From the NCBI RefSeq assembly GCF_009914755.1, contig NC_060939.1: a stretch of DNA of 64,000 nt; one strand, given 5' to 3'. The DNA is from the human T2T-CHM13v2.0 reference genome, Homo sapiens. The first letter of the stretch is position 1. The number at the start of each line of letters is the position of its first letter. Position numbers and translations under genes: made by a program. The notes under the pieces were generated by a model. That model worked only from the letters and a program-made list of their open reading frames with translations, was not told the DNA's origin and ran no database searches. This document shows positions 1 to 16,673 of the stretch, one piece after another.

Positions 1-300
1 TTGTATGTTAGTGGTCTATCTTTTCCTCCCAGTGATGATGTGATCTGATTTTTGATGATGTAGGAATTTGGCAAGTGGAGCCTTCCCATGTCAGCTGTCT
101 TCCTTCCCTACCAAGGATGCACACTCCTTGGTTAGTTTGGAGAAACAGAGCAGAAGTCAATGTCCTTTTGTTCCTAATTGTATTCTCTTTGTATTTTTTT
201 ATACATTTGATGCATGCTTTTGCTTATAGCCATGTCCATTTATTTTTCCCCATTAACTCATCACACATGTATCAAGGGCCTACCATGTGAACCTGGACTC

Positions 301-665
301 TGTATTAGTCTGTTCTCATGCTACTAATGAAGACATACCGGAGACTGGGTAATTTATAAAGGAAAGAGGTTTGATTGACTCACAGTTCCACATGGTTGGG
401 GAGGCCTCCCAATCATGGCGGAAGGCAAAGCAGGAGCGAAGGAATGCCTTACATGGCGGCAGGCAAGAGAGTGCTTGTGGAGGGGAAATCCCATCTGTAA
501 AACCATCGGATCTTGTGAGACTTAATTCACTACCACGAGAATAGTACGGGGGAAACTGCCCCAGGATTCAGTTACCTCCCACTGAGTCCCTCCCACGACA
601 TGTGGGAATTACGAGAGCTACAATTTAGAATGAGATTTGGATGGGGACACAGCGAAACCATAGCA
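301..665 (-). mobile_element. THE1-family solo LTR (ERVL-MaLR) inserted in a MIR
   Basis: Starts TGTATTAGTCTGTTCTCATGC, ends GGGGACACAGCGAAACCATAGCA; 5-bp TSD GACTC (296-300, 666-670). Confidence 0.9.
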
Positions 666-670
666 GACTC

Positions 671-865
671 TGAAGCCAGATTGCCTGGTTAATACCTCAG
701 TTCTACTGCTTAGTAATTCTGGACCTTGGGCAAGGTCCAGTGCCTCAGTTTCCTCATCTGTAAAATGAGGGTGATAATAGTACCTATCACGTAGGTTGTC
801 TTGAGGATTGCATGAGTTACAGATAAGGGGTTTAGAATGTTGTCTGACTCATAGTAAATACTATA
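671..865 (+). mobile_element. MIR SINE
   Basis: Core GCCTCAGTTTCCTCATCTGTAAAATGAGGGTGATAATAGTACCT. Confidence 0.8.
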
Positions 866-1045
866 TAGGTGGTGGTGTTACTGCTGTTGCTGCAACACAT
901 GCCAGGCCATGGAATTTACCTTGCTGGCACATAAACGTCCCTAAGACCAAACTCTTTAAAGTTGGGTACCCAAACATGTTTCTTCTCAAGGTACTTTCCT
1001 TCTATTGTCATGGGTACTATCTACCCAGGCCTGATTTATCCACAT

Positions 1046-1259
1046 CAGAGTTCCCCAGCCTTGAAACTGTTGGTTTTGTGGACCAGATAATTATTTCTTG
1101 TGGGATTGTCCTGTGAGCTGTTAGAATTTTAGCAGCATCCATGGTCTCTACCCAATAGATGCCAGTAAGAAACTCTTGCGTTGTGACAAGCAAAAAATGT
1201 CCCAGACTTTGCCGAATGTCCCTCTGGGGACAAAGTTGCCTGCAGTTTTGAGAACCATC
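1046..1259. mobile_element. MER20 (hAT-Charlie) DNA transposon
   Basis: GGACCAGATAATT...TTTAGCAGCATCCATGGTCTCTACCCAATAGATGCCAGTA...TTGAGAACCA resembles MER20 consensus. Confidence 0.75.
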
Positions 1260-4200
1260 TATTTAAACTGGTAAATCCGCCTGCAGAGGTGGCACTATAG
1301 CTGCCCCCTGCATTCTAAGGTGGCTGCTGGTTACATGTTGTCATCTTCTCTTTTCCCTGGGCTTGTTTTTGAAGAGTCATGTTAGATCTGCCTCTTAAAC
1401 CACATGTTTGGAGGCACAGGGTCATTCCTGCTGTTACACTGAGGTTTCTGTAGTAGGAGGGGCTCCTCTTTAAAGTATTCTCCCTCTTCTCAATCTCAGG
1501 ATTCTCTGGAAAGAGGAAGAAAGCACATAGCCTTCTTCAGACTTCTGATTGTGGCTACCCTTGAAGACAAGCCTCCCAGCCTTTGTAGCTTAAGGAATTT
1601 ACTGCTTATCACTACGGAAAAGAAGCAGGTGTCCCAAAATCTCACACTTGGGAAATCTTGCTGTGTGAGATGGGACAGCATGGTCCTTGGTCCAGGTTCT
1701 CCATGCCCCGTGCCCTTGTTAAGAGTTACACAGATGGTTAACTTTGATGGAATGCTCACCATGTCCCAGACCCTGGGCTAAGCACTTTATAAGGATTGGC
1801 CTGTTAACTTTTCACGTTTACCATCTAAAGCAGATATTTTTGTCTCAATTTCATAGATGAGGAGACCTCAGCCTAGAGACATTAAATCCACTGCTACCCA
1901 GAGGTAGAAGCATGGATTTAAACCCAGGCATCTGGCTGCAAAGCTGAACCCCAGTGATGCATATCCTCCCATCTGCTCACATGGCACCATCTCCCTTGGT
2001 CTCTAGAAAGTGGCAGCTTCCTCCTTGGACTGTCCCCTGTTCTGCTCTAGTTAGATTTAAGCTCCTACATTCCATCCTGGTCATATACAACTGTCTATCA
2101 TTAGGTTACCCTCACGCTGTCCTGAAATGTGATGGAAGTAGTTTCGTTTTGTTGTTTTGTTTTGTTTTCATGTTAATAATGTCACTGAGACCCACCCGCT
2201 CCCCAAACCCTTTGGTTTTTTTTGGCTCTCCCTATGCTGAACACTAAACCCATTTCTTCCCTGCCTTTAGGCTGACCTTGAGCTTCTGCTAACTGATAAG
2301 TCTCCTTTTGAGGCGTAAACCGACCTTTTAAATTGCATCAAAACCTTTGAGCTAAGCCCATTGGCCACAGAGTTTACCTTGCTGGCACCAGGTTTCCTAA
2401 TACCTACATTTCCTAAGACCAACTTCTTTAAAACTGTTAATTCTCTAAGCAAATAGTGGTCACTTTTAGTACACATTCAGCTCCATCCCAGATACAGGAT
2501 TCCTTATAAGCCAAATATAAAGATCTTAGGGTGGAAAAAGAGTTATACCTAATTTAAAGGGCCTTTACTGGAATTTTATTGTATTGAATATTGTTCAAAA
2601 TATGTTGGCCATTGGAAAGTGTGGTGTCTTTTTCCTCCTGTGACATTGGTAGTTTGTGTGAACAGGTTATGATTTGGACCATAAATCCATGCATTACCTG
2701 ATTTCTCTTTGGCCTACCTTGTTTTCGTTATGCTGAGGCCACATGGATCTGCTTTGATTTTCCAATTTCTATTACAACCGTGGCTTTGAGAGCATTGTCC
2801 TTAGAGTGAAAAAAATAACAACAATATCTGTAGAAAGCACTCAGAGAAAATGAAGGCCATAAAATGTCAAAGTACAAATGAATTATGTAGAATCTTTGAG
2901 AATATTTCTGAGTAGCATCGAGAACATTCTGTTCTCTTCCTTTATTTTCTTCCTGTGCCTTTCACAGGGAAGACGTGTCACAGAGATACAGACCCGCAGG
3001 AGGAGGGCTTATTGTTTAGTATGGATTTATTCGTTGATTCAGATAATGCAGGAGGTTTATTGAACACCTACTGTGTGCCAGGCACTGGAGATATGCTGGT
3101 GATGTACCCACCCCTCCCTGGAAGAGCCCGGAGCCTAATGGGGAAGACAGGAATAAACAAGTGCAGTGCAGTCAGGAGGTGCACTGCAATGGTTAAAGTC
3201 TGGCCAGAGTTTGTGATCACAGAGGAGAGTGACAATGATGACAGTGACAACCAACGTTTGTTAAACACTTTCTGTATGTTGGGCACTGTGCTTTCTACAC
3301 ATTATCTATTTTTTAATCCTGGCAACAACTTTGTGTCGTAGAAGCTACTATTGTCCCCTTTATACAGAGGAAGAAATTGAGACTCAAAGACAACATTTCT
3401 AAGCTGAATCTTAAAAGCAAAGTAAGAATTATCCAGGGACAATTTTGTAATTAATAAGTAAGATGCAATGGGGGGAAAAGAGGCATTATCCACAGGGAAG
3501 AAGGAAGGGGCCATGATTCTGGGATGAGGAATAGCAAATACAAAGACATGGAGGAAATGGATGAGATGACCTTTGTGTGCCAGGGTGGCAGTGGGAGCCA
3601 GGGCAGCTGAACCTCATTTACACAACCTGGTCCTGCCCATGGTTTTGGGATTTCAACTGTGTGACCTGTTGTCATGGAAGAGCAACCTGTGTTTCCCAAT
3701 ACCCGACTTCAGCTCTCCTTGCCCCTCAAGTGGCAGAGCCACTTAATTAGATAATGTTCCCATGTGATTGGGGTGACGAATTCAACCTTGAAGTGGTTGT
3801 TCCAGTGACTCTGAGATTAAGCTCAACAGCTGGGCCTCTCTGGGAAAGCTGGCAGGGCTGGCAGGATCCACAGGGATGTTGAGTTCTTAGTCTTCCAAGC
3901 TGGACTTCAAGGGGCCTTGAGCAAGTCACTTAACTTCTGTAACATTTGCTTTGTCCTGCAGATGGCCTGAAAGCATGTCTGGTTCAAGTCTGTATTCCCA
4001 GAACCTACCGCAGAGCCTAGTACATGATAAACTGTAAAATGGGGATACCAGTTATTATTGCAAGGCATTTCAGGTGATTAATGATATTTCCAATGAAAGC
4101 CTCTAAACTGCTCAGTGAAAGGTAAGGAATAAATGAATAGTCCCCTTTCTCAAGTTTGCTTAATTAACTAGTCATCATTGATCTAAGTCTTTCTATTTAG

Positions 4201-5234
4201 AGTTGGCAGATATTCGTTGTACTAGGAAAACCATCTTAGCCTCTGCTTCATGCAATTTTAGTTTGCAGTGGGTGGGTACAAACGAAAGCAAACCAGAGGT
4301 AGAAGTTTTTTCCATACATAGGGCATGCCTAGTGGAAAAGCAGCCTTTTCAGCAGAGGAAGGCGGGTCGAATGTGCAGCAGGACAGAAAAACCCAGAGCC
4401 CTGATTGTGCCCATTGTCCAATGACTGCTCCTTTGCAAGGGCTGATCCCTGACATTGAATGGCGGGAGGGTGATGACTGCATTGAAATATCTGCTAATAG
4501 GCAAGGCCCTCCCTTCCTCCACACCCTTTCTCCTCCGTTAAAGACTTTCTGGAAAACAGAGCAAAAACAATGCGGCAACCCCAAGGGTTGATGAGAATTG
4601 CATTCTCCCTGCAGCTTCTATTACTCTTGTGCCTTTGTCCCCGTGGACTTGGTGAAGGGTATAGCTGTCAGGTGCCTCTCTTCCCTGGTGCAGGGTAATC
4701 TGGACTGATTGACTTGTCCATTGTCCTAAGGTTGGAGCTAAAAACAAAACAGGAAAAGCTGCTTGATGAGGATGAAGAGGAACTTGGTGGCCAAATGCTG
4801 TTGCTTTCCAGGCATTGGACACAAGGCTCATTCTCTCTGAGAAACTTACATCCAAAGGCAGTGACTTTGAAAGGACCGTGGCTGTGGAATTAGAGACAGA
4901 TGCGTAGCTGACCATGAGTAGATATTAAATTGTATTAAACTATGCAAACCGCATTTCTCATGCAAGGCTTGTTTCTACCTTACATCAGCCCTTGAGCTGC
5001 ATTTGCATTTCTATAGAGAACGAAATAAAAGCAGCATGTCACTTACTCATTTCTATTCATAACTGTGAGCTGTTATTCTAGCTCTCATCTACCCTACACA
5101 GCACTGCCAGATTAATCTTCCTGAACCTCCATCAACAGCGAGTTTGGTTCCCAGCATTTCACTGAATCAACTCATGTTTATAAGGCCCAGGTGCTGAGAG
5201 GGATATAAACAGACTTAAGACGGGACTAATTTTA

Positions 5235-5366
5235 AGGTAACCAGACATCCTGCTTTGTCTGGGACAATCATTGCTTATGCTTGTTATCCTGATACAATTA
5301 TTAATAGTGCCTCTTTTCACTCTCAAAAGTGATCCTGATTAGACAATGAATTACAAGGTTGCCCTA
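5235..5366. mobile_element. MER94-like (hAT-Blackjack) element
   Basis: AGGTAACC...GGGACA...TTTCACTCTCAAAAGTG...GGTTGCCCTA with terminal inverted repeats. Confidence 0.6.
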
Positions 5367-6677
5367 CTCATGTCTGTCAAGTGTTCATAAGATAAAAGGG
5401 GTGGAAAGGATGAAGGTAAATACGGTAATTTCAAAACAAGGTAGAGATTGGAGGTAGAGGAGTTAGGTGTTTGCAGAAGGAAGGGAGCCATTGAGGCTGA
5501 GAGTGATAGGGGAGGCTCATTTAATTCTAGGACTTGGCCTTGGCTTCGAAGGATGATGATGACTCAAAAAAGGGGAGAGAGGCTGGCGAAGGTGTGGGAG
5601 CCGTGAGAGTTAAGGGTGTATTCCATGACTCTCAAAGGGTCACCTAGATGGAGCTTCCTCTGGGAAGAGGAGAGCAGGAGCTGTGAGATGGGAGGGACAG
5701 ATCTGGAAGGCTTGAAAGGCAGGTGAGGAACTTGTGCTTTACCCTGGGGGCTGAAGGAAGCCATAGAGATACTGGTGTGAAATAGCCAAGGTGAACAGGA
5801 GGATTCAACTGGTCCTGGCGTAGGACTGGTCATCTCATCACCAGTGAAGACAGAGGATCTGACCTGCAGAAGCTGCCTCCAAACCATCACACCATGCTGC
5901 CTGCCCCTCTCCCATGGCCTGCATGATTTCCTAGGTAAATTAAAAATTTTCACCCATGACAGGGTGAGGCAAATGGATGTTCTGGTGTCTTGGTTTCCAG
6001 AAGCCTCCAGCCAAGAGTTGACATGAGCTTGCTGTTTTAACATCAGTTAAAATAATTATTGTAGCATGATTTCTGACAGGAACAAAACAAAAGGATACAC
6101 TTACAGGAGCAGGCTGTGCAGTCAGGACATGCGCGATCCTTCAGAGGGCCTTTCGGGAGTGAGTGACTCGCCACAGGGTGTTTATCTGTCATCCATATGG
6201 GGAATCATCTTCTTCATAATTTTGCTCAACTGGAATCAGAGCTAAGGCTCCATGTGCACAGCGGAGAGATTCATTTTGTCTTGTGCCTGCCTCTTCCTCC
6301 TTTCTTCCTTCCTTTTTTCTTTCTTTCAACTAGAATCATTGAGTACTCAACATATGGACACACCCTAAGCCAGCTGCTCTTACTCCGTGGTTGCCACAGC
6401 AACCCAGTCTCGTGAGATCAGAGCATCTTCATTTTGCAGATGAAGAAAATAAGCTTCTGAGAGGGTAGGAGAACTGCTGGAGGTGACCAGCTATATGCAT
6501 TGTTGAGCACCTTGCCAGGGTAATTACATCAAGCAGGTCTCTATGAATAGTTTGATTATTTCTAGTAATGCTGTTGAGGAAATGAAACCAACAGAGAGCA
6601 ATACTAGGTCAGTGGTATTCAAGCCTGACTGTGCATTAGCACCATTTCAGCACCAGGTGCTTAAAAAATACGTTTCT

Positions 6678-7029
<352 letters not shown>

Positions 7030-9194
7030 TTAAGAATCTGTGCATTGTTTTTTTAAGTCCGCTAGAGTAATAGTTCTTCAACCACAGTATGTATCCATTG
7101 TTAAAACACAGATTCTGGGCTTCCACCCCTTGAGTGTCTGATGCAGGAGGCCTCTGGTGGGCCTAAGCATTGCATTCCATACTGCTACTCTGAGGAGGAT
7201 ACTCAGAACTGCTGCGGGAGAGGCTGCTGATGCTCATCCCGCCCACGCACTGCTGGGGTGGAAGGCTCCTGGACTCTGCATGCTCAGATGGTTTGAGTCT
7301 ATTTTGTGGAGGGCATGCTAGGATTAGAAGAGCTAGACCCGGGATGGCTACATATGAGCCATCCTCCCTTTCTCGAAACCTGGGGTAGACATCATTTACT
7401 GACCACTGTGCTCTTTTTAACTGAGTCCTGGCTCAAGGTCCCTCTCATCTCTCTGTAGCCTGCCCATACCAATCAAATGGTGTTGGCTCACAAGCCAAAC
7501 CTTTTATTGTTTGCTAAGCTAGACATTCTAACCGACACTTCCAAAATCAGTCATTGAAAAATTCTGTTTGTTTGTGGAACGTGTGCCTTAATTGTTCATG
7601 AGAGGGAACCCCCTGGGGAGTGGTTCTTGACATTGGCTGCACATTAGAATCACCTAGGAAATTCAAAACAAAAAGAAAACCAGACTATTGGGCTCCCTTC
7701 CATGTCTGAGGTGGGCTCCAGCTGCTAGCAGCTTTATGAGCATTACAGGTGATTCTAAGGTACGGTTAGGGCTGACAGCTATCGGACTGAGGGGGTTGCT
7801 AGAAGCTGTGCAAACTCTAAAACTAGTTGCTAACTCCTGTCCTGTCGCTGAAGATTCCCCTTGCAGAGCATCCCCTTTTCTTCTATGCATCTCTTTATTT
7901 TTCTGACAAACAGAATAGAAAGGAGAAGCAGCCAAAGGCCTGTTGACACCATTTTTGTCTCAGAGGCTTCCTGACAGGAGGCTGAAATGGGTGGTAGCCA
8001 CTGTCCTAGAATAGCTAGAAAGGAACCATTTTTCTGGAGCAGTTCCCAAAAAATTCGTCTCTAACAGCAGAAGGTGTCACTCCCCTCGCTTTCTTACCTT
8101 TTGTGAATTTTGGAATGCAGAAGGTCCCATCGAGAGGAAACGTTTTCACACAGAGACTCCCCAACTCTCAGCCCCATGGTTTTCCTCTCTGCTCAGTGCC
8201 AGCCCTCCCAAATTTAGACTCGCGTCCCCCTTCATGGCTGCCACTCATGCTTTACTAAATTGCTCTTTGTGGAAGTCACCAACACACCCTAAACAGCAAT
8301 TCTTCTCTTTGTTCTCCCTGAATCATCCGACTCTGTTGATCACTCTCTCTGTTCCTGGGAACGTAATTTTTCTGCTTCCTCTCCATTCCTTCTCTGTGTC
8401 CTTTACTAACCTCTTTGCCTTCTCCTGCTCCTTAGTGGGAGCATTTCCCCAGGGCCACCATCTTTGTCCCATAGCACTTTTCTACACACCGTCCTTCCCC
8501 TGGGATCCCTTCCCCAGATCCATGGCACAGGTCTGACTGATGTTCTGAGTCCCAGTCTCCCAACAGTGTCTGTAGAACTTCTTGTGCCCACCAAATTGGC
8601 CCTGTCTCTGGACTCCCCTATTTTTCTTCTGGGCACCAGTGTTTATGCTGATCTCCTAGACCTGGGCTGTTGGTCGCATTAAACTCTGTTATCCGGTTCA
8701 TGTCTGGTTTGCCTTTCCTTTGTGCTGCCTCTCACATTGGCCATTCGTGCCTTTGCCCATCTGTTAATTATTTGCTGCGTGCCAGGCATAGTGCTAAGTA
8801 CATCTGTTATTCTACTTAAACTTCACAGCAACCTTATGAATCAGTAGGCAGGATTATTATCATCCCTGTTTTATCTCTGAGGAGACAGCCTTTGAGATGG
8901 ATAGGAACCTTGGCTGACTAGTGGTGGAACAGAAATTCAAGCTCATACTGAGCCCCTGAGCTCTCACTCTTCAGTGCTGTACTTGGTTGTTCCCTCCTTG
9001 CCGCAGCCCACTGTTGCAATCTCATCTCCTTTTACCCTTCCACATATGAGTCGGCCCCACATGAACCGGTTTACTCCCAGGTCTCCGGGTCTCTTCATTC
9101 TTTTCCTCCTCTACATTTTTGCCCAAATCCTTGGTGATATCTGATACCCCAAGGGCAGCACCACCTCCTATGCTTTGCCTTCTTCTTCTTCTTC

Positions 9195-9485
<291 letters not shown>

Positions 9486-9566
9486 TTCTTGACCTTTCCA
9501 AACTGTCCAAATTCCAAAAGCCTTTTTTTGATGTGTACTGTCTTGTGTTTTAAATTCCTTTGGTGG

Positions 9567-9870
<304 letters not shown>

Positions 9871-10833
9871 TGAATTTTGAAGTGAACCTGTTCTCGACAG
9901 TTTTTTTCCAGGTATTTCAGCATTATTCTCCTAGACGGGTTATAAACTCTTTAGGATAGGAACTAGACTTATTTCAGTGTCCTGCAGTTCCTAGCATGCT
10001 TCCTTGCTAGAGCTGACCTTCCTAGAGTTGACTTATTTTGACTTCATACTCTTGTCCATGACAACTGTCTGTGTGCAGGACAATATGAATAAGGATGTGA
10101 GATGCTGCCCTACCCTCGGGGAGCTGTTCTGCTAAGGTGCCCGGATTCCCTAACAGCCCTCTGCACAGCTGTAATCTCTTGTTAGATTAGTTTTCCATCC
10201 TTCATGGGAATCGTTTTTCTTCCTACGTTTCTGTTTTTAAAGTTTGCATAAAATGGAGACTTGGCTGCACACCAGGGAGGTTTAGGAGAGAAATGAGCAG
10301 TGGGACCTCCCCAGCCAAACCTGGCTGCAAACCGCTGACTGCACAGGAATACGAATGACTTCTAGTGGGATGGGCGGGGATCCTGGGGGGATGCTCTTCA
10401 TTCCTGCTTTTGATCAGGAGCTGGGCCAGCTTTGGAAATCTGAGTGTTGGCACAACTCTCAAATGGTCCTGCTGCTGTTATTGTCTGGGGTTTCTTACTG
10501 GGCGTCCACACTCAGAAAGGACCCCCTCTTTCCTGTAAGCTTGCTTCTCACTGACTGGCACAGCTTGGTGATTGGGGTGGTGGTAGAGACGTGGGCCATA
10601 CGGAACTAGGAGCATAATTTTCACAAGCACTTAAACTTGAACAGAACAAGATTAGCAATATTAACACGCATTACACTGAGATATGACGCACAGGGAAATA
10701 CCTCTAGGTACCCTTGGGATAACTGTAATGATCCATGACTTAGGATTTCCAGATCCTCCTAGCTGCTTGGACTGTGGTTCCAGGCCCAGGTCACAGAACC
10801 TTGGTTACCTAAAGGAAGAATGGCCAGGGTTGG

Positions 10834-11504
<671 letters not shown>

Positions 11505-13217
11505 GTTGGTGAGAATATGGAAGTACAGTCTAGCTATGTTCTGTTTCTTCTGTCCAATAGATGACAGAAACAGATGCCTCCATCTGTTTTCACAAACCGA
11601 GGTTGCTCTTCTTGCCACTGAGTAGAAGTTGCCTCCTCCAGCTTTGCCCCAGCCACCTGCTACTGAGAAGCCCAGCCCACTCAAGTCCTTGGTACTAAGG
11701 GCACTGCGGAGGGGTCTGGAGATAGTTTGCCATTTCCACACTCAGGGTCGGGGCATGGATTTGGCCCCTCTGGGCACCTGTGGGAGTGTAAGGGTATAAT
11801 TTCTCTAGTGACCCCATCTCATGTGGCCTGTTGCCCTCCTGGGCCCGGTTCCTACGTGTCACTCATTCTCTTACTGAAGACAAGGCTTGACCTTGCATGC
11901 AGGTCCCATTTGGAGAGGCCCCTACAAATTCATTTAGATCCTACCAGTCCCATCTCCAAAGCAGCCCCTGGTTCATGATATCCCTTAAGTGCCTCAAAAA
12001 CTATGCATAACTCTGGCTTCTGGACACCAGCTGTTCCTGGTCTTCAGTGCACATTCACTTCGGTGGCTCCCACCTGCACTGTTGGATTGTAAGACACAGC
12101 CCATGGCTCTTCTGCAGAGGAATGAAAACTACACATAGTTATACCTTGTGGGATGTTACATCTGGAATTCCAGTTGGAGAAGCTGCCCTGGGAAAGTCGG
12201 CGGCCACCAGAGAAGCAGGAACAGGAATGAAGCACAGCCTGGTGTTCCGAAGCCCAGCACGGGGCTGGGACCATGTCTGTCATAGTCCACCATGTGGAAT
12301 GGGCCCTCCACACTCTCACTAGGGGCTGTTTTTCCAAATCAGTGAATATGTATCCACTACTTTTATGGGCAAGGCCTCGTGTTAATTCATTGTAGAGGGT
12401 AGAAAAGCAATAATGTTTGGGAAGGTACGTAACTGTACTCAGTCTACGGGAGACATTAAGAAATATTAAAATCTATAGAGATGTATATGCATCCCTATAT
12501 GGGTTGTTTTCCATCCCAAAATATTAAAAGAGGATGAAGTCAAAATAAGTCAATCCTAGGAAGGGCAACTCTAGCATATATAAAAAGGCAATGGAGAAAT
12601 GTTGAGTTTAGCAAAAGACAACCTCTCTGCTGGGATGCAGAGTGGTTTGGGATGGCAGAAATGGGAAAAGTCCAGTAGATGGAGCCAGGGAGGAAGGACA
12701 TTTATCTTGTCACTAGAAGGGTGTAGTGGGAAGGTGAGAATGAATGAGGTTTTCTGACAATACCAAGTGGACCCCTCTAGGGGGCACAGAAGGAATTTGT
12801 GTTTGTAGATTGGAGGTAGGGGGTGGCCAGGGGAGGGCCAGTAACAAGTCCAGTTAAAAAGGCAGGTTGAGTCCATACTAGAGAGACCTTAGATACCAGG
12901 TTAGGCGAGATAGACTTTATCCTTCTGGTACTGAGGATCCACTGAAGCCCTTCGAGCTAAGGGGGAGACACTGATAAAAGTGGTATTGTCGGAGGGTTGC
13001 TCTGGAGGTGTGTGTTGGGTGGATGGGGTTGGGGGAAAGACTGGTGGCAGGGAGACCACCTGGGAGTCATAATAATACTGGTGATAGCTACCAATTATTG
13101 AGCATTCCCTACATGCAGGACACTGTACAATGTGATATCTGTCATATTCAATAACCTGCAAGCTGAGTACACTTGACCAATGAGGAAACTAAGGCTTATT
13201 CATGTTGAATAACCACT

Positions 13218-13584
13218 GCATCCACCCATTTGTGTTGCTATAACAAAATGCCTGAGACTGGGTAGTTTATAAAGGACAGAAACTTATTTCTTACAGTTCT
13301 GGGGGCTGAAAAGTCCAAGTTCCAGGTGCTAGCATCAGGTGAGGGCCTTCTTGCTGCATCCTCACATAGTGGAAAGCAGAAGGGCAAAAGGGCCGACTGC
13401 TGAGTCCTCACAGGGCAGAAGAGCAAGCCAGCTGAAGGTGGCAGAAGCCTCTTTTATAAGGCCTTTAATCCCATTCATGAGGGAGGGATCTTCAAGACCT
13501 AATTACCTCCTAGAGGCCCCACTTCTTAATATTATCACATTGGCAGCACCTGAATTTTGAAGGAGACACATTGAAACCATAGCA
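13218..13584 (-). mobile_element. MST/MLT1A-type MaLR LTR
   Basis: TGTGTTGCTATAACAAAATGCCTGAGACTGGGTAGTTTATAAAG...ACATTGAAACCATAGCA. Confidence 0.8.
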
Positions 13585-15255
13585 GCCACCCAGAGTCCCA
13601 GAGCTTATAAATCACAGAACCAGCGTTTGAACTCAGGACTGCTTGCTTTCAAAGCCAGGCTATAGTAGGTAAAGTTTTCCACTAAGAACTGTACGATCCA
13701 AATTAGGGGAATTATAATCAAATTGAAAAAGAGAGATTATTGCAAGAATCCAGAAGACTCGATAACTGACCAGGTTGGAGGAGTGAAGGAGACAGAGAGA
13801 GAAAAAGAATGACTCCACTTTGTAGCTGTGGCTTTAGGGACAGTGGCAGTATTGCCACCAGACACCAAGTATCATAGGAGGAGGTGCTCTTGAGTGGGTC
13901 AGATGAGAAGATAGTGAGATGAGTTTCAGAAATGTGGCAATCAAGATGGTGGCAGAAATGCCAGGCAGCTATTGTCAGTCATATTCTCTGGCTTACATTC
14001 TAGACAAGCTGTGAGCATGGGCAAGCAGGAACACGGGAAAGAGAAAGCTTCTGGTGTTAGGGGGAGATTCTGGAGGAAGTAAAATGAGGAATAGCAGCAG
14101 AAGCAGCTGTCAGAGAGGCAGGGAGAGGAGGAAGATGGCATCATGGTATGCGTGGCAGAAACCAGTGGAGGAGTTGGTTCCAGGTGGATTGTCAAGACTG
14201 CCATACATTTCAGGGAAGTCAAAGCTAGGACTCCTGCATGAAGGTGGAAGGACTCATTCAACCCACTATGCATTCATTAGGTAGCTTCCATCTGCCTGGC
14301 CTTGTATTTGGGCAAGAGAAAGAGAAAAACAAGTCTCTCTGCTCTTGAAAGCCCCAGGAAACCTTCTTAAAACAGACCTGGGTCGCAACGTGCCCTTCAG
14401 CTTAGTGCAACAGAACTATTCTCTGAGCTTCTGTTTCCTCTACAAACCTAATGCGACCTGCCCCACAGGGTTATCCTGGGAATCAGGGCTGATGCATGGC
14501 CAACACTCAGCACAGTACCTAGAGTGTGATAGCTCGATTATGCTTAGAACCCATAAGGACAAATAAGAGAGGAAAGGACTGTTTCTGGGGCCTTCCTGCC
14601 AGATGCAGGGAAGCCTGCCTTCCTTGGAAGTGGCCATCTCTTCAATGGTTTGGGCAGTTCAGTCCATCACCCTTGATTTCTGCTGCCTCATGTGGCTTTT
14701 CAGTACTAAAAAGAATCTCCTGTTTCTAGAACTCATGCCTTAAATGTGTTTTGAAGCCCAGATGTTCCAACAGTGCTCCCTTTCACTTTCATTTCCCAAG
14801 TTCAACGACCAGACCCCCTTCCACAAGTTGGTAGAGCTCTCATTTGTCATCGTGGGAAAGCACCCAGTGTGCTTCCTGGCAGATGAGAGGGTCCCCAGGC
14901 TGCTCCAAGGCTTAGGACAGCAGAGTGAGCTCCGCTGGCTGAACTCGGTGCTCCATGGGCTGTGTGGATTGGCCTTTGTTCTCCAAGGGCCACCAAGAAG
15001 AAGGTCGCATCTGCTGCCCCCACTGGACTGTCAGGTTCTCTGTTTCTCTGCCTGAGGGTCCCACTGAATACCTGCTGCCTGTCTGCCCCCTGAATATCCT
15101 TACTGGGCTCTGGGAAGTGAGCAAGTGGTTATAGGGTGCTGGCCCTATGTGTGTTTGGCACTCTTGGGTGATTGGGGTATGGGGATGGGGTTGATGCCAC
15201 AAATGGAAAGGCTCTCAGAGGAATATACATGTGTGGCTTAGAAGCTGGAGAATGC

Positions 15256-15561
<306 letters not shown>

Positions 15562-16673
15562 GGGCTGGAGAATGCGGTGGGGAAAAGAAATCAAAGCAGG
15601 AATGGGAAAAGCCAACAAGGTTGTGGTTCCTGAGGCTGGCACAGAAGACTGTGCTGCCCAAATGCCACTTTCTTCACTTGGCTCTTCCTGGCAGGCAGCT
15701 CTGTCCCCTTTCTTTGTAGTGAGCCTGTCTTAGGCCTATATCCAGGACACTGAGAATTCTTGCATATCAGGCTGGGAGGACCTTCAGGGGTCACCCATTC
15801 CTCCCCTACTCTCTCCTCTTCCTAGTTGAACAGTTGCCTCAGTTTACCCAAATCACTGTCTTAGTGTCACTTCAAGTGTAGCTTTGGCCTAGAGGGTGTT
15901 ATGGGTCAGAAGGATGCTCAAATCCATCGTAAGGAGGTTGCTAATCTTTCATGGTCTGCCTCCTCCTCCTGGCCAGGTATCCCTGGCATTCAGGAACCCC
16001 AGCTGGCATATGTGGGCTCTAGGTAGAGTTAAGTCTTGTAGCCATGCATGTGGGGACACTCCACCATTCACTGAAAGGGATGATCCCTATGTCTTTGAAT
16101 AAAACTTCACATATAACCCAATTATTGCAAGGGCTCTGCCTCTACCATTTAATGAATCAGAGCGACATTCCTTTTCATCCTACTTGGCCAGCCCTAGTCT
16201 GAGTATATTCACAATTTAACTTCATTAATAGCAAGTTTAGTCAACTGGCTTAAGAAGTTCTCCTAATAGTAGATTCCCTGGCAATCCCCTACTGTATATT
16301 TTATTAGTGACCTTGTTTAAAAATAGCCTATGTCAACAGCCACTAGTGATGCACCAAGAAGCAAACTGGCCTCCCTGGACTCTGCATGGATGCCACAGCA
16401 CATTAGAGGCAGACTCAGGGATACCACTCGGGGTCCCCATGTGTCCTCCCACAATCCCATTCCCTTTGGACCGTTTCTTTTTGGATCTTTGCTCCCTATG
16501 ATTTTGTGCCCCATCCCTTTCCTCCTTTCAGTTTCCGTCCCCTTCCTCCTTTCAATTGCGATGGCCATGCTCTGGGGACTAGATTCTTTTGCTTTTCTCT
16601 TCTCTGCACAAGTCAGAACTGGGGCTTTGCAGAGAAGGCTGAGAGGTGTTCAGGACATGCCTGGCTTATCGTA

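Noticed and set aside
31-60. GTGATGA...CTGA resembling snoRNA C/D boxes
   Set aside because: Boxes only ~6 nt apart with no terminal stem; low-complexity TGA repeats.
5564-6043. 159-aa minus-strand ORF
   Set aside because: Non-ATG start, overlaps purine-rich L2-like sequence, no recognisable domain.
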